A DNA stretch of 61,300 nt, the filler included. It is 7 parts of 7 records of this genome, joined end to end, with 100 filler letters (N's around TTAATTAATTAA, not from the genome) between each part and the next. Parts side by side here need not be neighbours in the genome. Positions count along the whole stretch, not along the records: positions 1 to 11,631 come from DRR378314_1612; positions 11,732 to 21,423 come from DRR378314_1615; 5 more parts are not named here. One strand, given 5' to 3'. Below are positions 8,668 through 18,714 of this stretch, piece by piece (positions within the stretch are counted from its first letter, which is position 1; every line of letters begins with the position of its first letter). Below the pieces are notes generated by a model. The model did not search any database. It saw only the letters and a list, made by a program, of their open reading frames with translations, and had not been told where the DNA came from. Position numbers and translations under genes: made by a program.

Positions 8668-9834
8668 TCAGCTTGCAGGCATCCGGCGTTCGCAAAGCTC
8701 GACAAACCAGCTGCAGCCAAGCGGGATGGCGCTGTCGTCGAACTGATAGGCCGGGTGGTGGCACATCGCAGTGTCGCCATTCCCGAGGAAGATATAGGCG
8801 CCAGGGCGGGCTTCTAGCATGTAGGCAAAATCCTCGGACGGCATGATCGGCGCGGTTTCGGGGTCAACGCTGTCGGTGACAGCTTGTGCAGCCTCGACCG
8901 CGTGAGCGACTTCCTCGGCGGTGTTTTCTGTCACCGGGTAGCCGGGCGTCCATGTGACCTTCGCGGTGGCCCCAAAGGCCGACGCGGTATCCTCCGCAAC
9001 GCGGCGCACGCGCTCTTCGGCCAATGTGCGGTTTTCCGTGTCCAACGTGCGCACGGTGCCCTTCAGCTTGGCACGATGGGCGATCACATTGGAGGCGGTG
9101 CTGTCGGTCTCAAACGTGCCAACCGTCAGCACCACACGGTGGATCGGGTTCACGGTGCGCGACACGATGGAGTGCAGCGAGACCACGATCTGCGAGGCCA
9201 CCAGCGTGGTGTCGATGGCGTCATGCGGCGCGGCGGCATGGCCGCCCTTGCCGGTGACTTCGATCTCAAACTCATCTGAGGAGGCCAAGAGCCCACCAAC
9301 ACGGGTGGCGATATGGCCCACAGGAAGACCCGGCATATTGTGCAGGCCGTAGACCTCCTGCACGCCCCAGCGGTCCATCACGCCATCGTCGACCATGGCC
9401 TTGCCCCCGGCCCCGCCTTCCTCGGCAGGTTGGAACAACAGCACCACGGTGCCGTCGAAATTGCGCGTCTCAGAGAGGTACTTTGCAGCACCAAGCAGGA
9501 TCGCGGTGTGGCCGTCATGACCGCAGGCGTGCATCTTGCCAGGTGTCTTGGAGGCATAGTCCAGCCCGGTTTCCTCATGGATCGGCAACGCGTCCATGTC
9601 GGCGCGGAGCGCGATGACCTTGCCGGAGGCGGTGCTCTTGCCCTTGATCACCCCCACCACGCCAGTCTTGCCAATGCCCGGCACCACCTCATCACAGCCA
9701 AAACCAGTCAGCCGTTCCTGCACCAATCCTGCGGTGCGATGAACGTCATACATCAACTCGGGATTTTCATGAAAATCATGACGCCACGCGGTGATTTCGG
9801 GCAGCAACTCGGCAAAGCGATTCCGGACGGGCAT
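8668..9834 (-). CDS. M20D amidohydrolase, copy 2
   Basis: Start MPVRNRF with AAGGAG RBS; same M20D motifs. Confidence 0.93.
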   Translation of the reverse strand: MPVRNRFAELLPEITAWRHDFHENPELMYDVHRTAGLVQERLTGFGCDEVVPGIGKTGVVGVIKGKSTASGKVIALRADMDALPIHEETGLDYASKTPGKMHACGHDGHTAILLGAAKYLSETRNFDGTVVLLFQPAEEGGAGGKAMVDDGVMDRWGVQEVYGLHNMPGLPVGHIATRVGGLLASSDEFEIEVTGKGGHAAAPHDAIDTTLVASQIVVSLHSIVSRTVNPIHRVVLTVGTFETDSTASNVIAHRAKLKGTVRTLDTENRTLAEERVRRVAEDTASAFGATAKVTWTPGYPVTENTAEEVAHAVEAAQAVTDSVDPETAPIMPSEDFAYMLEARPGAYIFLGNGDTAMCHHPAYQFDDSAIPLGCSWFVELCERRMPAS

Positions 9835-10074
9835 GGTCTCTCTCCTTAACGTGTTAGCGAAATGAGTGCCGCAAGGCGGATCAGAAGGCAAGGCTTGTTG
9901 CACAATTGAACCAAAGGGTGCCACGCCTCAAAGCAGGAGGCCGAACCGCGCCCTTCACGGCAGGTCATCCCGGCCCGAGCGCACCGCACTGTGCGGCGCG
10001 AAGGACGGTTTACAACATTCGGTTTATTCAGCGTATCAGGCCAAAGTGTCAGGCAGCGGCGTCAGGCAGCGGTG

Positions 10075-11241
10075 TCAGGCCGCAAGGCGCTTGACCAGAT
10101 CGCGCATGAACTGGGTGCCCGCCTCAAACTGCTGCACCGTGATGAACTCATCGGCCTGATGCGCCTGGGCAATATCACCGGGGCCACAGACAACAGCAGA
10201 ATAGCCCGCAACCTGATAGTGACCGGCCTCTGTGCCGTAACTCACCACATGGCGCGCGTTGTCACCGGTGAGTGTGCGGACCAGCGTTTCCGCAGCACCA
10301 TCCGTTTCCGGCACAAGCCCCGGCACACTGAAGACCTTCTCGATGCTGATACCCGACTGGGGGCTGACGGCCTGCATCTCCGCCTCGATACGGGCGATCT
10401 CCGCCTCATACTGGAATTGCCAATCTTCAAGATTTTCGCCCGGAACAGCCCGGAAATCCATCCAGAAATTGCAATCCCCTGCGGTTATGTTGTGGGCCGT
10501 GCCGCCAGACACCTTACCGACATGGACCGTTGTCCAGGGCGGCGTGAACATCGCCGCCACCTCGGTCTGCGGCTTGGCACGGTTCTCGGTGTTGCGGTGA
10601 TTGGCCCAGTCGATGATGCGCGCGGCTTCCATCACCGCGCTTACGCCCTGATGCATCAGGGAGCTGTGGACCTCAAACCCGCGCACATGGGTTGCCATGG
10701 CAAATGCACCTTTGTGACCCGTCACGGCCTTCAGCATCGACGGCTCGCCGACAACAACGGCCTCCGCCTTGGGCAGATGTTTTTGCATCTCCGCAATCAG
10801 CGGCGGCGCGCCGGTGCAACCGATTTCCTCGTCAAAGGTATAGGCGAGCTGGAGCGGACGCCGCAGGTCCGCATAGTGCCCTTCCACCAGTGCCCAGAGC
10901 GCCAGCGCGTCAAAGCCCTTCATGTCGACGCAGCCACGGCCAAAATACTTGCCGTCCCGTTCCACCACAACAAAAGGATCAGACGTCCAGTCCTGCCCCT
11001 CAACCGGCACCACATCCGTATGCCCCGACAGCAGTACGCCGCCGTCGATCTTTGGACCGACATGCGCATATATCCCAGCCTTTTGAGGCTGTTCCGGGTC
11101 GATCCAGATGTAGTGTTCAATCCCGTGAGAGCTGAGGTAGCCTGCCGTCCACTCGACGAGCGGCAGATTGGTGTCACTGCTTACAGTTGGAAAGGAGACC
11201 AGCCGCGTCATGATCTCCAGCGGGGACAGACGGTCGACCAT
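10075..11241 (-). CDS. argE: Acetylornithine deacetylase ArgE-like (M20A)
   Basis: LSGHTDVVP, GRGCVDMKG, DEEIGC, VVGEPS, GTEAG, GPGDIAQAHQADE. Confidence 0.85.
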   Translation of the reverse strand: MVDRLSPLEIMTRLVSFPTVSSDTNLPLVEWTAGYLSSHGIEHYIWIDPEQPQKAGIYAHVGPKIDGGVLLSGHTDVVPVEGQDWTSDPFVVVERDGKYFGRGCVDMKGFDALALWALVEGHYADLRRPLQLAYTFDEEIGCTGAPPLIAEMQKHLPKAEAVVVGEPSMLKAVTGHKGAFAMATHVRGFEVHSSLMHQGVSAVMEAARIIDWANHRNTENRAKPQTEVAAMFTPPWTTVHVGKVSGGTAHNITAGDCNFWMDFRAVPGENLEDWQFQYEAEIARIEAEMQAVSPQSGISIEKVFSVPGLVPETDGAAETLVRTLTGDNARHVVSYGTEAGHYQVAGYSAVVCGPGDIAQAHQADEFITVQQFEAGTQFMRDLVKRLAA

Positions 11242-11244
11242 GCC

Positions 11245-11631
11245 TCAATACCCGGAATCAGTCATCAGCACGAAATGGCCCGGCTCGATCTCGACATAAT
11301 CGGAGGGCTCCGGCTGGTAGCTCATGTCATGGATCGGCGACGGGATCGGTTTGAAATTCAGATCCTGCTCAGTCTTGCGCTTGTTGGGATCGGCGATCGG
11401 CACCGCCTTCATCAACGCCTGGGTATAGGCATGGGCCGGGTTCTCGAACACGCGGGCGCGCGGTCCGATCTCCACCAGACGACCAAGGTACATCACCCCG
11501 ACCTGATGGCTGACGCGCTCGACCACCGCCATGTCATGGCTGATGAAGAGGAAGGACAGCTCCAGATCCGCCTGCAGCTCCATCATCAAGTTCAGCACCT
11601 GCGCCTGCACCGACACATCCAGCGCCGAGAC
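11245..11631 (-). CDS. Di/oligopeptide ABC transporter ATP-binding protein, C-terminal fragment
   Basis: VSALDVSVQAQVLNL, FISHDMAVV, P.HAYTQAL; truncated by the linker. Confidence 0.9.
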   Translation of the reverse strand, partial: VSALDVSVQAQVLNLMMELQADLELSFLFISHDMAVVERVSHQVGVMYLGRLVEIGPRARVFENPAHAYTQALMKAVPIADPNKRKTEQDLNFKPIPSPIHDMSYQPEPSDYVEIEPGHFVLMTDSGY

Positions 11632-11731
11632 NNNNNNNNNNNNNNNNNNNNNNNNNNNNNNNNNNNNNNNNNNNNTTAATTAATTAANNNNNNNNNNNNN
11701 NNNNNNNNNNNNNNNNNNNNNNNNNNNNNNN
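11632..11731. other. Artificial contig linker
   Basis: 44 N + TTAATTAATTAA (stops in all six frames) + 44 N. Confidence 0.99.
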
Positions 11732-11775
11732 CTTTCGCGGGCGGGGCCCGCTCCCACAAGGACCGCTTCCTACAG
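11732..11775 (-). repeat. GTAG/GTGG-family REP palindrome at contig start
   Basis: Reverse complement reads GTGGGAGCGGGCCCCGCCCGCGAA, with an adjacent GTAGGAAGCGG remnant; typical gammaproteobacterial REP form. Confidence 0.65.
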
Positions 11776-11803
11776 AGCCTGCTGCCTTCAGATGGCGCAG
11801 GTC

Positions 11804-11864
11804 TGCACACTGGTCGTGCACAACATTGGTGACTTCGGCCTAATTTGTGCACGACAATAGTGCA
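11804..11864 (+). promoter_or_regulatory. NtrC binding sites
   Basis: TGCAC-N7-GTGCA at 11804-11820 and 11848-11864, upstream of glnK. Confidence 0.8.
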
Positions 11865-11925
11865 AAATAGACGTCTCCGCACATCTTTACCCTCCCAATG
11901 CCCCGTTTTCTGGCGCTCCCTGTCC

Positions 11926-11941
11926 TGGCCCGATTCTTGTA
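11926..11941 (+). promoter_or_regulatory. Sigma54 -24/-12 promoter
   Basis: TGGCCC-GATTC-TTGTA (GG-N10-GT variant of GG-N10-GC), between the NtrC sites and glnK. Confidence 0.7.
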
Positions 11942-12017
11942 TGCCCTTAGCCGGTGCAATTCCGGCGGGCTGCTTCCCGCTGGTGCAATCCGGGCCGTTC
12001 GCGGCCGCGAGGACTAG

Positions 12018-12368
<351 letters not shown>

Positions 12369-12377
12369 GGAGGCCCC

Positions 12378-13667
12378 ATGCGATATCTGATTGCGGGCCT
12401 GCTGGCCCTGACGCCGTCTCTGGCGCTGGCGGACACCCTGGATAAAAGCGACAGCGCCTGGATTCTCACCGCCACCGCGCTGGTGCTGTTCATGACCCTG
12501 CCGGGTCTGGCGCTGTTCTACGGCGGCCTGGTGCGTAACAAGAACGTGCTGTCGGTGCTGATGCAGTGCTTCGCCATCGCCTGCGCGGTGTCGCTGGTGT
12601 GGCTGGTGGTGGGCTACTCCCTGGCGTTTTCCCACGGTGGCGCGGCCAACGCCTGGATCGGCGGCCTCAGCCACGTGTTCTTCGACGGCATCGGCCGCGA
12701 CACGCTGGAGGGCAGCCTGCCCAAGAGCCTGCACGGTCTGTTCCAGATGACCTTCGCGATCATTACCCCGGCGCTGATTGTCGGCGCCTTCGCCGAGCGC
12801 ATGCGCTTCGGCGCCATGCTGGCGTTTTCGGTGCTGTGGGTGCTGGGCGTGTACGTGCCGATCTGTCACTGGGTGTGGGGCGGCGGCTGGCTCGCCGAAC
12901 TGGGCCTGTACGACTTCGCCGGCGGCACCGTGGTGCACATCACCGCCGGTGTGGCGGCGCTGGTGGCGGCGGTGGTGCTGGGCCGCCGTCAGGACTGGCC
13001 CGGCCAGGCCATGAAGCCGCACAACATGACCATGACGGTGATGGGCGCCGGCATGCTGTGGGTGGGCTGGTTCGGCTTTAACGGCGGCTCCGCCCTGGCC
13101 GCCGACGGCAACGCCTCCATGGCCATGCTGGTGACCCATATTTCCGCCGCCGCCGGCTCCCTGGCCTGGGTGACGCTGGAAGCGGTCAAGTTCGGCAAGC
13201 CCTCGGCGCTGGGCATTGCCACCGGCATGGTGGCCGGCCTGGGCACCATTACCCCGGCGTCCGGTTTCGTGGGCCCCGGCGGCGCGCTGCTGATCGGTCT
13301 GGCCGCCGGTGTGATCTGCTTCTACATGGTGCTGGTGGTCAAGCAGAAGTGGCGCATCGACGATTCCCTGGACGTGTTCCCGGTGCACGGCATCGGCGGC
13401 GTGCTGGGCACGCTGTTGGCCGGCGTGTTCGCCTCCACCGAACTGGGTGTGTTCTCCGGCTACGGCTTCGCCAAACCGGAGTACGGCATGCTTGATCAGA
13501 TCGGTGTGCAGGCGCTGGGTGTCGTGGCGACGTTCGTTTACACCGCTGTGGTCACTTTCCTGTTGCTCAAGCTGGCGGGCCTGTTCACGCCATTGCGCGT
13601 CACCGCCGAGGAAGAGGCGCAGGGCCTGGATATCGCGCTCCACGAAGAGCGCGGCTACGACATCTAA
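12378..13667 (+). CDS. amtB: Ammonium transporter
   Basis: DFAGGTVVH, GWFGFNGGS, IDDSLDVFPVHG. Confidence 0.97.
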   Translation: MRYLIAGLLALTPSLALADTLDKSDSAWILTATALVLFMTLPGLALFYGGLVRNKNVLSVLMQCFAIACAVSLVWLVVGYSLAFSHGGAANAWIGGLSHVFFDGIGRDTLEGSLPKSLHGLFQMTFAIITPALIVGAFAERMRFGAMLAFSVLWVLGVYVPICHWVWGGGWLAELGLYDFAGGTVVHITAGVAALVAAVVLGRRQDWPGQAMKPHNMTMTVMGAGMLWVGWFGFNGGSALAADGNASMAMLVTHISAAAGSLAWVTLEAVKFGKPSALGIATGMVAGLGTITPASGFVGPGGALLIGLAAGVICFYMVLVVKQKWRIDDSLDVFPVHGIGGVLGTLLAGVFASTELGVFSGYGFAKPEYGMLDQIGVQALGVVATFVYTAVVTFLLLKLAGLFTPLRVTAEEEAQGLDIALHEERGYDI

Positions 13668-13722
13668 CGCCACCGGCCGGGGTCCAGTATGCTCGGGGGA
13701 ACCGTCCCGCGAGGAGCTTCCC

Positions 13723-14535
13723 TTGGATCTGGACCCCTACGGCTGGCCCCGCGCCGGCGCCCTGGACGTTCGCCAGCTGCCCACCGCGGTGGGGGCCCAG
13801 GGCGTGGCGCCCCTGGCGGACAGCCTCGACCGTATTCACGAGTATCAGCGCCGGCTCTATGCCGGCCGGCGCTATGGCGTGCTGCTGGTGGTGCAGGGAC
13901 TGGACGCCGCCGGCAAGGACAGCCTGATCCGCACCCTGGCCCGGGCTCTGGACCCGGCCGCTTTCCGTGCCCATGCGTTTGCTCGCCCACTCGGCGAGGA
14001 AGTCCGCCATGATTTTCTATGGCGGGTTTGGCGGCATCTGCCGGAGCGGGGCGAAGTGGTGGCCTTCAACCGCAGCCACTACGAGGCGGTGCTGGCCGAG
14101 CGGCTGTGGCCCACCGGCGACATCGGCGTGGACTGGCGCGGCCGCTACCGGGCGATCAACGAGTTCGAGGGGCATCTGCACCGGGAAGGCACGCGGCTGC
14201 TCAAGGTGTGGTTGAACACCTCCGAGGACGAACAGCGCCGGCGCCTGCTTAAACGCCTGGATAAACCGCGCAAGCGCTGGAAGTTCGACCCCTCCGACAT
14301 GGACAGCTGGCGCGCCCGCGACCGTTACCTGGCGCTGGTCAACGAGACGCTCACCGCCACCCACACCGACCACGCGCCCTGGCATCTGATCCCCAATGAC
14401 GACAAACCGTCCGCCCGTGCCCGGGTCGCCGGCCTGCTGGCGGATCTGCTGGAAAGCCTGGCCCCGGAATACCCCCGCGAGGATATCGACTGCATTGAGC
14501 ACTATCGGGCGCTGCTGCGCGGCGAGGAGGACTGA
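13723..14535 (+). CDS. Polyphosphate kinase 2 family (polyphosphate:nucleotide phosphotransferase)
   Basis: QGLDAAGKDS Walker A, HDFLWR, FNRSHYE, APWHLIPNDDK; TTG start after GAGGAG RBS inferred. Confidence 0.9.
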   Translation: MDLDPYGWPRAGALDVRQLPTAVGAQGVAPLADSLDRIHEYQRRLYAGRRYGVLLVVQGLDAAGKDSLIRTLARALDPAAFRAHAFARPLGEEVRHDFLWRVWRHLPERGEVVAFNRSHYEAVLAERLWPTGDIGVDWRGRYRAINEFEGHLHREGTRLLKVWLNTSEDEQRRRLLKRLDKPRKRWKFDPSDMDSWRARDRYLALVNETLTATHTDHAPWHLIPNDDKPSARARVAGLLADLLESLAPEYPREDIDCIEHYRALLRGEED

Positions 14536-14538
14536 GCC

Positions 14539-16059
14539 TTGGCGCTGACCAACCTGCTGCAGGCGCTGGCCGGGTTGGGCCTGTTCCTGTTCGCCATGTC
14601 GCAGCTGGAAAGCGCCGCGCGCGCCCTGCTGGCCGGGCGCGCCGCCGGCTGGCTGCAACAGGCCGCCGGCACCCCGGTGAAGGGCGTGCTGCTGGGGGTG
14701 GCGGTGACCGCCCTGATGCAGAGCAGCTCCCTGGTGGGGCTGCTGGTGCTGGCCCTGGTCACGGTGCGGGTGCTGGCCCTGCGCCATGCCCTGGCCATTA
14801 TGCTGGGCGCCAACCTGGGCACCACCGTGACCGGCTGGCTGGTCACCGTGCTCGGCTTCAAGCTGTCCCTGGGGGAAGCCGGCCTGCCGCTGGCCGGCCT
14901 GGGCGGGCTGCTCGCCCTCGCCCTGCCGGAGGGGCAGCGGTCGCTGGGCCGGTTCGTGTTCGCCCTGGGCCTGTTGTTGCTCGGCCTGGATACCATGAAG
15001 ACCGCGGTCGAGGTGGTCGGCACCCGCTTTGATCTGGCGGTGTTGCAGGGGCTGCCGCCGATCGTCTATCTGCTGGTCGGTGTTGGTCTGACGGCGCTGA
15101 TTCAGTCTTCTTCGGCGAGCATGCTGATCAGTCTGGCGGCGCTCAACGGCGGCCTGGTGAGCTTGCCGGAGGCGCTGGCATTCATGATCGGCGCGGACCT
15201 GGGCACCACCAGTACCTTGCTGTTGGGCTCGGTGAAAGGTGCCGCCGACAAGCGCCAGGTGGCGGCCTTCCATCTGCTGTACAACGTGGCCACGGCTCTG
15301 CTGGCGTTTCTTGTGCTTCTGCCGCTCTGGCCCCGCCTGCTGGCGGCCCTGGGCTGGAAGGATCCGCTGCTGGGGCTGGTCGCGTTCCACAGCACCTTCA
15401 ATCTGCTCGGTGTGTTTCTGTTCCTGCCCTGGTTGGCGCCTCTGGAGCGCGGGCTGGTGCGATGGGTGGGGCGCCGTGCGCGGGATCCGGATCCGTTCGA
15501 GGACGTGGACCCCAAGGCGGTGGAGCCGGCGCTGCTGGTGGTGGAGCAGAGTGTCGCCCGGCTCGGCGAGACCATCCGGCGGCGTTGTCTGGATTGGCCG
15601 GACCGGGGCGCGCTGCCGGCTTTCTATCGGGACTACGAAGCGATCACCGACCGCGAGATGCGTATCACGGCCTACCTGAACCGCGTCGGGCAGCAACCGC
15701 TGGACGCCGGCCAGACCGCGCGCTTGCAGAGGGTGCGCCAGTGTCTGAGCGAGTGGGTGTACGCCTGCAAGGCGATCAAGGACGTGGTCGACGACCTGGC
15801 GCCGCTGCATGACAGCCGGGCGCCGGCTCTGGTGGCGCTGGACGCGGCCCTGCACCGGGGGCTGGCGGCGGCGCTGGCGCACGGCGCCGCTCTGGACGAG
15901 ACCGCCCACGGCCGTGCCATGGCCCAACTTACCCGGCAGGCCTACCAGGCGGTGGAAGCGGCCCGCGCGGAGGGCATCAGCGTGCTCAATCTGGTGCGCG
16001 AAATCGATGCCTGCGGCCGGCACTGGATTCGCGGCGCGCGGGCCGGGTCGTCGATATGA
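14539..16059 (+). CDS. Na/Pi cotransporter family protein
   Basis: Two QSSS repeats with GANLGTT and GADLGTT, multiple TM helices. Confidence 0.9.
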   Translation: MALTNLLQALAGLGLFLFAMSQLESAARALLAGRAAGWLQQAAGTPVKGVLLGVAVTALMQSSSLVGLLVLALVTVRVLALRHALAIMLGANLGTTVTGWLVTVLGFKLSLGEAGLPLAGLGGLLALALPEGQRSLGRFVFALGLLLLGLDTMKTAVEVVGTRFDLAVLQGLPPIVYLLVGVGLTALIQSSSASMLISLAALNGGLVSLPEALAFMIGADLGTTSTLLLGSVKGAADKRQVAAFHLLYNVATALLAFLVLLPLWPRLLAALGWKDPLLGLVAFHSTFNLLGVFLFLPWLAPLERGLVRWVGRRARDPDPFEDVDPKAVEPALLVVEQSVARLGETIRRRCLDWPDRGALPAFYRDYEAITDREMRITAYLNRVGQQPLDAGQTARLQRVRQCLSEWVYACKAIKDVVDDLAPLHDSRAPALVALDAALHRGLAAALAHGAALDETAHGRAMAQLTRQAYQAVEAARAEGISVLNLVREIDACGRHWIRGARAGSSI

Positions 16060-16130
16060 CTTTTTGGCTCATTCCGAGTGCCAGGAAGACATTGTCAGCC
16101 CCGGGGCCTTTCTATAAGGTACAGGAAAGT

Positions 16131-16148
16131 TTCGAACGCTCGTTTGAA
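16131..16148 (+). promoter_or_regulatory. PsrA-like (TetR family) operator downstream of a sigma70-like promoter
   Basis: TTCGAAC-GCTC-GTTTGAA near-palindrome resembling CAAAC-N4-GTTTG; TTGTCA-N17-TAAGGT at 16092-16120; upstream of a lipid-carrier gene. Confidence 0.6.
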
Positions 16149-16216
16149 TATCGCTCAGGCGAATCGAGCGGCCCATCGACCCGGGCGTCGAGACCATCGC
16201 AACCAAGGAGATAACA

Positions 16217-16603
16217 ATGAGCCTGGAATTTTTGTCCGACGAGTGGTTTGCAAAGGTTAAGGAAATCCGTGATTCCGCCGGCGACGTGGAAGCGCCCGCG
16301 GCGCTCGCGGACCTGGTGATCAACATCACCGTGAAAACCGATGACGGCGAGAAGCACATGGCGATGGCCGGTGGCATGATCGAGGAAGGTCACCACGACG
16401 ACGCGCCCACCACGCTGATCCTGCCCGCCGATCTGGCCAAGCGCATCTTCATCGAAGGCGACCAGTCCGCCGGCATGCAGGGCTTCATGAGCGGCCAGAT
16501 CAAGATCGAAGGCGACATGAGCAAGCTGATGGCGCTGCAGTCCGCCCAGCCCACCGACGAGCAGAAGCAGCTGATGAAGCAGATCCAGGACATTACCGCC
16601 TGA
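16217..16603 (+). CDS. SCP2 sterol/lipid-binding domain protein
   Basis: FLSDEW start, GMQGFMSGQIKIEGDMSKLM; AAGGAG RBS. Confidence 0.9.
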   Translation: MSLEFLSDEWFAKVKEIRDSAGDVEAPAALADLVINITVKTDDGEKHMAMAGGMIEEGHHDDAPTTLILPADLAKRIFIEGDQSAGMQGFMSGQIKIEGDMSKLMALQSAQPTDEQKQLMKQIQDITA

Positions 16604-16632
16604 ACCTGCTTTCTTCATCTCTCTCGGTGAAT

Positions 16633-16667
16633 GACAATGCCCGCCCCGTGCGGGCATTGTCGTTTTT
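16633..16667 (+). terminator. Rho-independent terminator
   Basis: GACAATGCCCGC-cccgt-GCGGGCATTGTC followed by gTTTTT. Confidence 0.85.
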
Positions 16668-16761
16668 GCGCCGCGCGGTTGGGCGCGGGCCGGGTTATCC
16701 GCTATCCTCTCAGCCCCGAAAGCGGGTGTTTCCCCGCATGGCGAGACCCGAGAGACAGTGA

Positions 16762-18714
16762 GTGAACAGCGTCGGTGAATTCCAGAGTGCCCGCGATTAC
16801 CTGAACGACAGCGCCCGCTTCGGCGGTTTGCTGGAGGGGTATCGTCCCCGCGAGGCGCAGCTGCGCATGGCGGACGCGGTGGCCGAGGCCATCGAGGCCC
16901 GCGGCACCCTGCTGGTGGAAGCGGAAACCGGCACCGGCAAGACGCTCGCCTATCTGCTGCCGGCGTTGCTGTCCGACGGCCCGACGCTGGTGTCCACCGG
17001 CACCAAAAGCCTGCAGGACCAGCTGTTCTTCAAGGACCTGCCCATGGTCCTCAAGGTGCTGGGCATGGCCCGCAAGGCGGCCCTGCTGAAAGGCCGCGCC
17101 AACTACCTGTGCCCCTACCGCCTGGAGCTGCACCAGGAAGAAGCCCGTTTTCTCACCCGGGAAACCGCCGAGCAGATGCAGGTGGTGGCCCACTGGGCCG
17201 GGCGCACCCGCACCGGCGATATCGCCGAGCTGAAGCAGTTGCCCGAGGACGCGCCGGTGTGGCCCTGGGTGACCAGCACCGCGGACAACTGCCTGGGCAC
17301 CGAATGCCCGAAATACAGCGAATGCCCGTTGATGAACGCACGCAAGGAAGCCCAGGAGGCGGACCTGGTGGTGGTCAATCACCATCTGTTCTTCGCCGAC
17401 GCGGCGTTGCGCGGCGAGGGCGTTTCCGAGTTGCTGCCCAGCGCCAACACGGTGATCTTCGACGAGGCCCACCAGTTGCCGGAGATCGCCGCCAACTTTT
17501 TCGGCGACTCCCTGAGCACGCGCCAGGTGCAGGAGCTGGGGCGCGACGCGCTGTCCGAGGCGGCCCATTCGGCACTGGATCTGGCCGCCTTGAACCAGAC
17601 CGTGGCGGCGGTGGACAAGGCCTGCCAGGATCTGCGTCTGAGCCTGGGCGAAGCGGAGCGGCGCGCGCCCTGGTCCGAGGTGCAGGACACGCCGGCGGTG
17701 GTGGAAGCCGGCACGGCGCTGCTGGATGCGCTGGTGGATCTGGAGGCGTCCCTGGCGCCGCAGGCGAAAACCAGCCGCGGGCTGGACGCCTGCGCCCGGC
17801 GCGCCGCCGAGCAAGTGATTACGCTGAAGACCATTCTCGACGGGTCGGCGCCCAACCGGGTGTACTGGTTCGAGACCTTCAAGCGCACCCTGGTGCTGCA
17901 CAGCACGCCGCTGTCGGTGGCGGCGCAGCTGCGCGCCCAGCGCGAGAAGCACCCCTGCACCTGGATTCTCACCTCCGCCACCTTGTCGGTGGCCGGTCGC
18001 TTCGAGCATTTGCAGAAGCGGCTGGGCCTGGAGGAGGCGGACACCCTGCGCCTGGAAAGCCCGTTCGATTTCAAACGCCAGGCGGTGTTCTATGTGCCCG
18101 AGGGCATGCCGGCGCCGTCCTCGCCGGACTACACCGCCACCCTCACCAAGGCGATGATTCCGGTGATCCGCGCCGCCGGCGGCCGTACCTTCTTTCTGTT
18201 CACCAGCCACCGGGCCCTGCGCGAAGCCGCCGGCCTGCTGCGCCAGGCGCAGCTCGAGTACCCGCTGCTGGTGCAGGGCGAGGCCGGCCGCCGCGAGCTG
18301 CTGGACAACTTCCGCAGCCTCGGCAACGCGGTGCTGCTGGGCACCAGCAGTTTCTGGGAAGGCATCGACGTGCGCGGCGAAACCCTCAGTTGTGTGATAA
18401 TCGACAAGTTACCGTTCGGCTCCCCGGGGGACCCGGTGGCGGCGGCGCGCATCGAGCACATCAACAGCAGCGGCGGTAACGCCTTCCGCGATTACCAGCT
18501 GCCCCAGGCGGTGCTGGCGTTGCGCCAGGGCGCCGGCCGGTTGATCCGCGACCCCAGCGACACCGGGCTGCTGGTGGTGGGCGATCCGCGTCTGATCACC
18601 AAAGGCTACGGGCGCCTGTTTCTGGACAGCCTGCCGGGCATGACCCGCACCCGTAAGGCCGAGGTCGTGCAACGGTTTTTCACCTACATTGCCAACCGCG
18701 AGCACCTTCAATGA
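16762..18714 (+). CDS. yoaA: DinG/YoaA family ATP-dependent Fe-S DNA helicase
   Basis: EAETGTGKT, KGRANYLC, NCLGTECP..C, FDEAHQ, SFWEGID, QGAGRLIR; adjacent to tsaB. Confidence 0.92.
   Translation: MNSVGEFQSARDYLNDSARFGGLLEGYRPREAQLRMADAVAEAIEARGTLLVEAETGTGKTLAYLLPALLSDGPTLVSTGTKSLQDQLFFKDLPMVLKVLGMARKAALLKGRANYLCPYRLELHQEEARFLTRETAEQMQVVAHWAGRTRTGDIAELKQLPEDAPVWPWVTSTADNCLGTECPKYSECPLMNARKEAQEADLVVVNHHLFFADAALRGEGVSELLPSANTVIFDEAHQLPEIAANFFGDSLSTRQVQELGRDALSEAAHSALDLAALNQTVAAVDKACQDLRLSLGEAERRAPWSEVQDTPAVVEAGTALLDALVDLEASLAPQAKTSRGLDACARRAAEQVITLKTILDGSAPNRVYWFETFKRTLVLHSTPLSVAAQLRAQREKHPCTWILTSATLSVAGRFEHLQKRLGLEEADTLRLESPFDFKRQAVFYVPEGMPAPSSPDYTATLTKAMIPVIRAAGGRTFFLFTSHRALREAAGLLRQAQLEYPLLVQGEAGRRELLDNFRSLGNAVLLGTSSFWEGIDVRGETLSCVIIDKLPFGSPGDPVAAARIEHINSSGGNAFRDYQLPQAVLALRQGAGRLIRDPSDTGLLVVGDPRLITKGYGRLFLDSLPGMTRTRKAEVVQRFFTYIANREHLQ

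Noticed and set aside
7505..11679. + strand ORFs 7505-8746 and 9991-11679
   Set aside because: Antisense shadows of the M20 peptidase and ABC genes.
11676..11687. Recurrent TTAATTAATTAA flanked by N runs as a biological repeat or CRISPR-like array
   Set aside because: Identical 100-bp spacer at all six junctions with six-frame stops; an assembly linker.
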